The notes below the pieces were generated by a model. It was not told the DNA's origin. It was given only the letters and a program-made list of their open reading frames with translations, and ran no database searches. Both the position numbers and the translations under genes were made by a program. Shown piece by piece: positions 27,058-32,000 of a DNA stretch of 32,000 bases; position 1 is the first letter of the stretch, and every line of letters begins with the position of its first letter. The stretch lies in contig NC_016070.1 in assembly GCF_000253055.1 (NCBI RefSeq), positions 450,001 through 482,000 of the forward strand. The letters are read 5' to 3'. This DNA is from Thermoproteus tenax Kra 1. GTDB lineage: Archaea > Thermoproteota > Thermoprotei > Thermoproteales > Thermoproteaceae.

Positions 27058-28062
27058 TTAGGGGCCCAACTTCGCCCTCCTCAGATCAATCGTCTGCTCA
27101 GGCTCGGGGCCCGTCCCTATGAGGGTCACCGGCCTCCCCAGCGCAGCCTCTATATCATCGATCCACTTCTTGGCATCAGCTGGTAGATCCTCAAACCTAG
27201 TCTTGCCGGCGGCCTCCTTGAACACGGCGTCTAACTTAGTTATTGCTATCTGGGTCGGCGAGTTCAACATGACGGCTCTCTTAGCAAGCTCCAGATTGAA
27301 GGGGGCGGCCCTACGGGGCCTGCCGGTAACAGCGCCTCTCTCGACCCATCCCAAGCGGGCGACCTCATCCTGCGGCAGCTCGCCAGGGAGCGGGCCGTTG
27401 CCCACCCTCGTTACGAAGGACTTAAAGACGAGGATGACCTCGTCCACGTCTTTGGGGCCTACGCCCGCCTCGCTGAGTATGCCAGAGGCCGTCGTGTCTC
27501 TGCTGGTCACATAGGGATAGGTCCCGTGGTATAGCGAGAGGAAGGTGCCCTGAGTCCCCTCGATTATTACGCCGTCCCTCTTCCTCTCTTGAATCAGCCC
27601 AGGCACGTCGGCCAGATAGGGTCTCAGCTCCTCCACGTCCTTGGCAAGCCTAAGCCGCCGCAAGACTCTCTCCACCATGGCAGCGCCCACTCCTTGGCCC
27701 GTAGAGCCGACGGTCTTCATCAGATGCTCATCGCTCCTCTCCATCTCTACGTGCCGCTCCTCGATCACGCCTGCGTTGTAGTCGACTCTCGCTCTATCGG
27801 CTCCATGCGCCTTTGCCTCAGCCAGAAAGACGTCTGTCTTTATTAGGGCGCCGGGCGCTACGGCGAGAAGAGAGGAGGGGTTCACGAAGCAGCTGGGTAG
27901 AGTCCTCAATACGTATTGAGCTCCCCTAAACACTACAGTATGGCCGGCGTTGGGAGCGCCGGTTCTAACGCACAGAGAGGGAGAGTCCCTCAGGGCTAGA
28001 TACGCCGTTATTTTCCCCTTGCCAACGTCCCCGAAGAACCCGTCAACAATTACAGAGATCAC
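27058..28062 (-). CDS. purA: Adenylosuccinate synthetase
   Basis: VDGFFGDVGKGKITAYLA, RTGAPNAGHTVV, GSTGQGVGAAMVER, IIEGTQGTFLSLYHGTYPYVTSRDTTA. GTG start, TATATAA about 26 nt upstream. Confidence 0.94.
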   Translation of the reverse strand: MISVIVDGFFGDVGKGKITAYLALRDSPSLCVRTGAPNAGHTVVFRGAQYVLRTLPSCFVNPSSLLAVAPGALIKTDVFLAEAKAHGADRARVDYNAGVIEERHVEMERSDEHLMKTVGSTGQGVGAAMVERVLRRLRLAKDVEELRPYLADVPGLIQERKRDGVIIEGTQGTFLSLYHGTYPYVTSRDTTASGILSEAGVGPKDVDEVILVFKSFVTRVGNGPLPGELPQDEVARLGWVERGAVTGRPRRAAPFNLELAKRAVMLNSPTQIAITKLDAVFKEAAGKTRFEDLPADAKKWIDDIEAALGRPVTLIGTGPEPEQTIDLRRAKLGP

Positions 28063-28133
28063 ATAAATCCAATAGAGGACTAGTTTATATAGTTATGCTT
28101 CTAATTTTAAATGTTCTATTAAATGCCATACGG

Positions 28134-28196
28134 CCGCCGGCCTCCTCGTCCATAGTATCTGTACCTGGGCGGAACGAGGAACTTTTTTCGGCGGCA
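28134..28196 (+). other. Intergenic double-stem element, candidate small RNA
   Basis: GCCGCCGGCC-TCCTCGT-...-ACGAGGA-ACTTTTTTC-GGCGGC: outer GCCGCC/GGCGGC and inner TCCTCGT/ACGAGGA. TATA-like ATTTTAAAT about 25 nt upstream. Confidence 0.35.
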
Positions 28197-28225
28197 GGTT
28201 TATATAGAGTTTAATGGAGCATTCG

Positions 28226-29665
28226 GTGATAAGGCAGTATCTATCCCGCCTCAAGACTCTGGACGCGTATATTGGGAGATTTGATGTCGTTATAGTTGGA
28301 GCGGGGCCCGCGGGGCTCTTCGCCGCATACGAGCTGGCCGAGGCCGGAGGCCTAAGGATCGCCCTAATTGACGGCGGCCTGAGGGCTTCGCAGAGGGTCT
28401 GTCCACTGCAGACTCCTCTCGAGAAGTGTACCTTCTGTGTGCCGTGCCACATAATGTATGGAGTGGGCGGGGCGGGGACCCTCAGCTCCGGCTTGATCAA
28501 TCTTAGGCCCGATGTGGGCGGAGATCTCCACGAGCTGGTGGGAGATTGGGACAAAGCCGCGGCTCTGATAAACTACATAGACTCTATATTTGTAAAATTT
28601 GGAGCGCCCGACAACATGTACGAGCCCAACATGGAGGCTATACAGAAGCTTTCCACTATCGCGGCGAGGGTCAACGCCAGGATAATCCCGATAAGGCAGC
28701 GCCATATGGGCACCGATGGATCCCGGAAGGTCGTTGAGTCCATTACTCAATATCTAGAGGGAAGGGGGGTCTCTCTGTACACCTCTACGTGGGCTCTCGA
28801 CGTCGAGAAGAACGAGGGGGGCTTCGTGGTCAAAACTAACAGGGGGGTCCTCCAAGCCCCCGCTCTCCTATTGGCCCCAGGGAGAGGCGGCGCTGAGTGG
28901 TTGGTCAACACTATCAAGAAGTTGGGCGCCGAGCTGTCCTACGGCCCCATTGATATAGGCGTAAGAGTCGAGGTGCCCTACCAGGTCATGAGGCCTCTGA
29001 CGGATGCCGTCCATGACCCTAAAGTCATATTGTATACCTCAAAATACGACGACAAAGTGAGGACTTTCTGTACGAACCCCAGAGGCTTCGTGGTGAAGGA
29101 GGTGTACTCAGACGGCACAGTGGGGGTGAACGGCGAGGCGTATCTGGAGAGGAAGAGCGACAACACCAACTTCGCCTTCTTAGTGACGCTGAAACTGACC
29201 GACCCCATGGAGGACACCATAGAGTATGGAAAATCTATAGCACGTCTTGCGACCAAGCTGGGAGGCGGCAAGCCGTTGATACAGCGCCTCTACGACTTAG
29301 AGAGAGGCCAGCGCTCTACGTGGGAGCGCATAAGGAGGTCGAGCATATCGCCCACGTTGAAGGACGTAACTCCAGGCGATATCTCCCTCGCCCTCCCTCA
29401 CAGAGTAGTTGAGGACATCATAGAGGGGCTGAAAAAACTCGACGAGCTGGCGCCGGGCGTGGCGAGCCCTCAGACGTTGATATATGCCCCGGAGATAAAG
29501 TTCTACTCGGCCCGGCCCGCCGTCGATAAAGACCTCCAGACCACCGTGAGGGGCCTCTTCGTCGCCGGCGATGGGGCCGGTCTGTCCCGCGGCATAAATG
29601 TGGCCGCGGCAACCGGGGTGATCGCCGCCAGAGGTATACTCAAGTATCTATCGGGCAAGGGCTAG
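28226..29665 (+). CDS. FAD-dependent oxidoreductase (uncharacterised NAD(P)/FAD dehydrogenase family)
   Basis: [21 protein letters not shown] dinucleotide-binding motif, [64 protein letters not shown] spacing suggests GTG 28226. Confidence 0.88.
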   Translation: MIRQYLSRLKTLDAYIGRFDVVIVGAGPAGLFAAYELAEAGGLRIALIDGGLRASQRVCPLQTPLEKCTFCVPCHIMYGVGGAGTLSSGLINLRPDVGGDLHELVGDWDKAAALINYIDSIFVKFGAPDNMYEPNMEAIQKLSTIAARVNARIIPIRQRHMGTDGSRKVVESITQYLEGRGVSLYTSTWALDVEKNEGGFVVKTNRGVLQAPALLLAPGRGGAEWLVNTIKKLGAELSYGPIDIGVRVEVPYQVMRPLTDAVHDPKVILYTSKYDDKVRTFCTNPRGFVVKEVYSDGTVGVNGEAYLERKSDNTNFAFLVTLKLTDPMEDTIEYGKSIARLATKLGGGKPLIQRLYDLERGQRSTWERIRRSSISPTLKDVTPGDISLALPHRVVEDIIEGLKKLDELAPGVASPQTLIYAPEIKFYSARPAVDKDLQTTVRGLFVAGDGAGLSRGINVAAATGVIAARGILKYLSGKG

Positions 29666-30085
29666 GTACATCGAGCCTATCCCCAGGAGGACGGCGAGGG
29701 CGTTCGCCAGAGGGTCGTTGTACCTCACATGAGCCAACGCGAACCTACGACATTTTGGATTGCAGATATAGATCCCGTGCTCAGTCACAACATCTAACGC
29801 CAAATGCAGAGGGCCCGCCAACGCCCCGGCCAACAGAGGGAGGTAGGAGTGGGCCAAATAGACGGCGGGCGCCGACGACAACGCTCCCCACGCGAGCGAG
29901 CGCAGAGGAGTGTGCGTGAGAGGGGACCTCCGCCTTCCGCGGTGTCCCAGAAAGTCTATGACGACGTTCGCGAGGATGGACACGGCCCACGCCTCCCACA
30001 GCGCACGCCACGGCTCTACGCCGACTGCCCGCAAGATCAAGGCGAGGGTCCCTGCTGTGAACACCGCGTGTGTCGCCAGCTTCAC
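29648..30085 (-). CDS. Multi-pass membrane protein (possibly DUF1286-like)
   Basis: [12 protein letters not shown]...[28 protein letters not shown]...[13 protein letters not shown]: conserved-looking His/Asp in hydrophobic helices. Confidence 0.65.
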   Translation of the reverse strand: MKLATHAVFTAGTLALILRAVGVEPWRALWEAWAVSILANVVIDFLGHRGRRRSPLTHTPLRSLAWGALSSAPAVYLAHSYLPLLAGALAGPLHLALDVVTEHGIYICNPKCRRFALAHVRYNDPLANALAVLLGIGSMYLALAR

Positions 30086-30132
30086 AACGCGGAATTGACA
30101 TGACTTAAATACTGTGCGGCGTGCATAACGGC

Positions 30133-31143
30133 GTGCAGATAGCTGTGAATAGGAGGAGGCGGACTATAGTAGTAGTCCCCGAGAGGGGGGACGACCTCTA
30201 CTTTGTCTACCTCTTGGTGGATAGGGGGGATGTAGTGAGGGGCTGGACAGTCCGGGAGTACAAGCCTGAGGGAGCCAAGGAGGGCCAGAGGATAAAGGTC
30301 TATCTAGCCGTCAGAGTGGAGGCGCTGGAGTATCATAAATTTAGAGGCAGCCTCAGAATACGCGGCGTAGTAGTGGAGGCCCAACAAGACCTCGAGGGAG
30401 TGAAAGGGAGGAGACATACGTTCGACGTATTGCCGGGAAGAGAGATAGAGATTGAGAAGCCCGAGGGCTACCCAATGGAGCTCGTCGACGAGGTGGCGCG
30501 GCTCGCGGCGGCCTCGATGCCCCGCGCACTGTTGGTCTCTGTGGACGACGAGGAGGCGGCTATCGCCTACGTCACGGCCCTCGGCGTGGAGATCTTGGCG
30601 GTGTTGGAGAACAGGCGCGGCAGAGGGGATGCGGCCGAATCTAAACAAGAGGCCCTGGGCCCCTTCCTTAAAGATGTAGCTAAGGTCGCAGAACAGTACA
30701 GAGTCAGGCTCAAGCCGGACAGAGTGGTTCTTGCGGGACCTCACCTCTACATCGATATGTTGTCCTCCTTCCTCAAGGGAGTTCTGTCTCCGCAGTCCTC
30801 CGGCGGCGTAGCGGGAGTCTACGAGTTCCAGAGGAGCGGAAAATTTGAGGAGCTCAGAAGGGCGTTGGGATCGGAGGCCATGGACGAACTGATGAGGACG
30901 GCCTCGGACAGACCGGAGCTAATCGCCGTGGGGATAGAGGCGGTGGCCGAGGCGGCCAGAGAGGGGAGGGTCCGGCTCCTCTTGGTGGTCGACCAAGAAC
31001 TGAAGGAGATGGCGGAACAGCTCAGCGAGATCCTGAGGTTGGTCTTTGCTGCCAAGGGGGAGATCAAGATAGTGCCCGCCGAGGGCGAGGCCGGCGAGAG
31101 GCTAAAGGCCATGGGGGGCGTAGCGGCGGTCCTTCGATATTAA
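30133..31143 (+). CDS. pelA: Pelota/Dom34 ribosome-rescue factor
   Basis: RRRTIVVVPERGDDLYFVYLLVDRGDVVRGWTVREY, VEALEYHKFRGSLRIRGVV, release-factor-like central and C-terminal domains. TATA supports GTG 30133. Confidence 0.92.
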   Translation: MQIAVNRRRRTIVVVPERGDDLYFVYLLVDRGDVVRGWTVREYKPEGAKEGQRIKVYLAVRVEALEYHKFRGSLRIRGVVVEAQQDLEGVKGRRHTFDVLPGREIEIEKPEGYPMELVDEVARLAAASMPRALLVSVDDEEAAIAYVTALGVEILAVLENRRGRGDAAESKQEALGPFLKDVAKVAEQYRVRLKPDRVVLAGPHLYIDMLSSFLKGVLSPQSSGGVAGVYEFQRSGKFEELRRALGSEAMDELMRTASDRPELIAVGIEAVAEAAREGRVRLLLVVDQELKEMAEQLSEILRLVFAAKGEIKIVPAEGEAGERLKAMGGVAAVLRY

Positions 31144-31171
31144 AAATTTAAATTTAGATCCAAACTGAGTT

Positions 31172-31339
31172 ATGGTGAAATGGGCTCTGCCCGCGCTACT
31201 CTACGTCCTCAGCGCCGTGGCGGTGGCGATGGGCATCCTCATCCTCTACTACGATAGAAAGGCGGCCGAGCTCGCCGTGGGCGGGATAGCTGTGGGCCTC
31301 GCGGCGCCGGCGGTCTACGCCGTATTGAGGAAGAGATAA
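31172..31339 (+). CDS. 55-aa small membrane protein (absent from ORF track)
   Basis: MVKWALPALLYVLSAVAVAMGILILYYDRKAAELAVGGIAVGLAAPAVYAVLRKR*: two predicted TM segments. AT-rich TATA-like TTAAAAATTTAAATTTAG upstream. Confidence 0.7.
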   Translation: MVKWALPALLYVLSAVAVAMGILILYYDRKAAELAVGGIAVGLAAPAVYAVLRKR

Positions 31340-31362
31340 ATTGTTGTACATAACATCCTTAT

Positions 31363-32000
31363 ATGAGGCTCGAGGGGGTCATTGCTGCCACCGTAACGCC
31401 GTTTACTAAGGACGGCGTAAACTACGAGGCCCTCAAGCTTCTCTTGGAGCGCCTTGCGTCGCAGGGCTACGGCCTGTTTCCCTCCTCCTCCACGGGCGAG
31501 GTGACGAAGCTCAAGCCCGAGGAGAGAATAAGGGTGGCCGAGCTCGCCGTAGATGTCGCCAGAGGCAGAGTGCCCGTCATAGCGGGGACTGGGACCGGCG
31601 ACCACCTCAGCACGATCGAGATGGCGAGGAAGTATAAAGACGTCGGAGTAGACGCAGTCCTGGTCACTCCGCCCTACTATATCCAAGGCGATTGGGCGGG
31701 CATATACGCGTTCTATAAAAAGGTCTTGGACGCAGTAGACGTCCCAGTGGTTCTCTACACAATACCTCTGGCCGTCGGCTACAATATACCCGCCGAGGTC
31801 TTCGACTTAGTTACGACGGAATACAGCAACGTAGTTGCCGTTAAAGACAGCTCGGGGGACTTCAGATACCACATGGAGTTGATCTACTTAATAGGCAATA
31901 GGACTTCGGTCCTACAGGGAGTCGATATGTTCTTCGTCCCCAGCTTGATTGTCGGCGCTAGGGGCGGCATACTGGGCGGGCCAAACTTCTTGGGCCAGCT
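31363..32000 (+). CDS. DapA/N-acetylneuraminate lyase-family aldolase, partial at right edge (absent from ORF track)
   Basis: MRLEGVIAATVTPFTKDGVNYEALKLLLERLASQGYGLFPSSSTGEVTKLKPEER...VLVTPPYY...VVLYTIP...VVAVKDSSGDF. Lys of the KDSSG motif fits the Schiff-base residue. Confidence 0.88.
   Translation, partial: MRLEGVIAATVTPFTKDGVNYEALKLLLERLASQGYGLFPSSSTGEVTKLKPEERIRVAELAVDVARGRVPVIAGTGTGDHLSTIEMARKYKDVGVDAVLVTPPYYIQGDWAGIYAFYKKVLDAVDVPVVLYTIPLAVGYNIPAEVFDLVTTEYSNVVAVKDSSGDFRYHMELIYLIGNRTSVLQGVDMFFVPSLIVGARGGILGGPNFLGQ

Noticed and set aside
28093-28554. 153-aa minus-strand ORF across the purA/FAD gene intergenic region
   Set aside because: Lies antisense to the dinucleotide-binding domain of the FAD oxidoreductase and has no recognisable motif.
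1-32000. CRISPR array, cas genes, toxin-antitoxin pair, restriction or defence island, prophage
   Set aside because: No regularly spaced repeats and no recognisable cas, RM, TA or viral structural genes; the window is mostly core housekeeping content.

Overview
This window is a compact, gene-dense stretch of a hyperthermophilic crenarchaeal (Thermoproteales-like) chromosome. I recognise a MoeA-type molybdenum-cofactor enzyme, a GATase-QueC fusion (archaeosine pathway), RNase HI, ribosomal protein L10e, NAC, AlaRS, a DHH phosphoesterase, a Stt3/AglB oligosaccharyltransferase, aIF2-alpha, Nop10, an Nre-family repair protein, a KaiC/RecA-like ATPase, an SPL-like radical SAM protein, prephenate dehydratase, Hel308, a GINS subunit, adenylosuccinate synthetase, Pelota and a DapA-family aldolase. 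There is no CRISPR array, intact mobile element, rRNA or recognisable tRNA. The main items worth a second look are: (1) an unassigned, very GC-rich, multi-hairpin block (~7141-7299) directly 3' of a truncated, probably domesticated TnpB-like protein; (2) a winged-helix regulator interrupted by what looks like a 2-nt frameshift; (3) a divergent RuvC/YqgF-like RNase H-fold protein; (4) an Nre / RecA-like ATPase / SPL-like radical SAM neighbourhood; (5) a Trp/Gly-rich small protein behind an inverted-repeat operator-like promoter; (6) two further intergenic hairpins with promoter-like boxes; (7) three reading frames missing from the supplied track. Archaeal TATA boxes lie about 24-27 nt upstream of many starts, which suggests leaderless transcription and start corrections for several ORFs. 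All homology statements come from motif recognition by eye; no database search was run.
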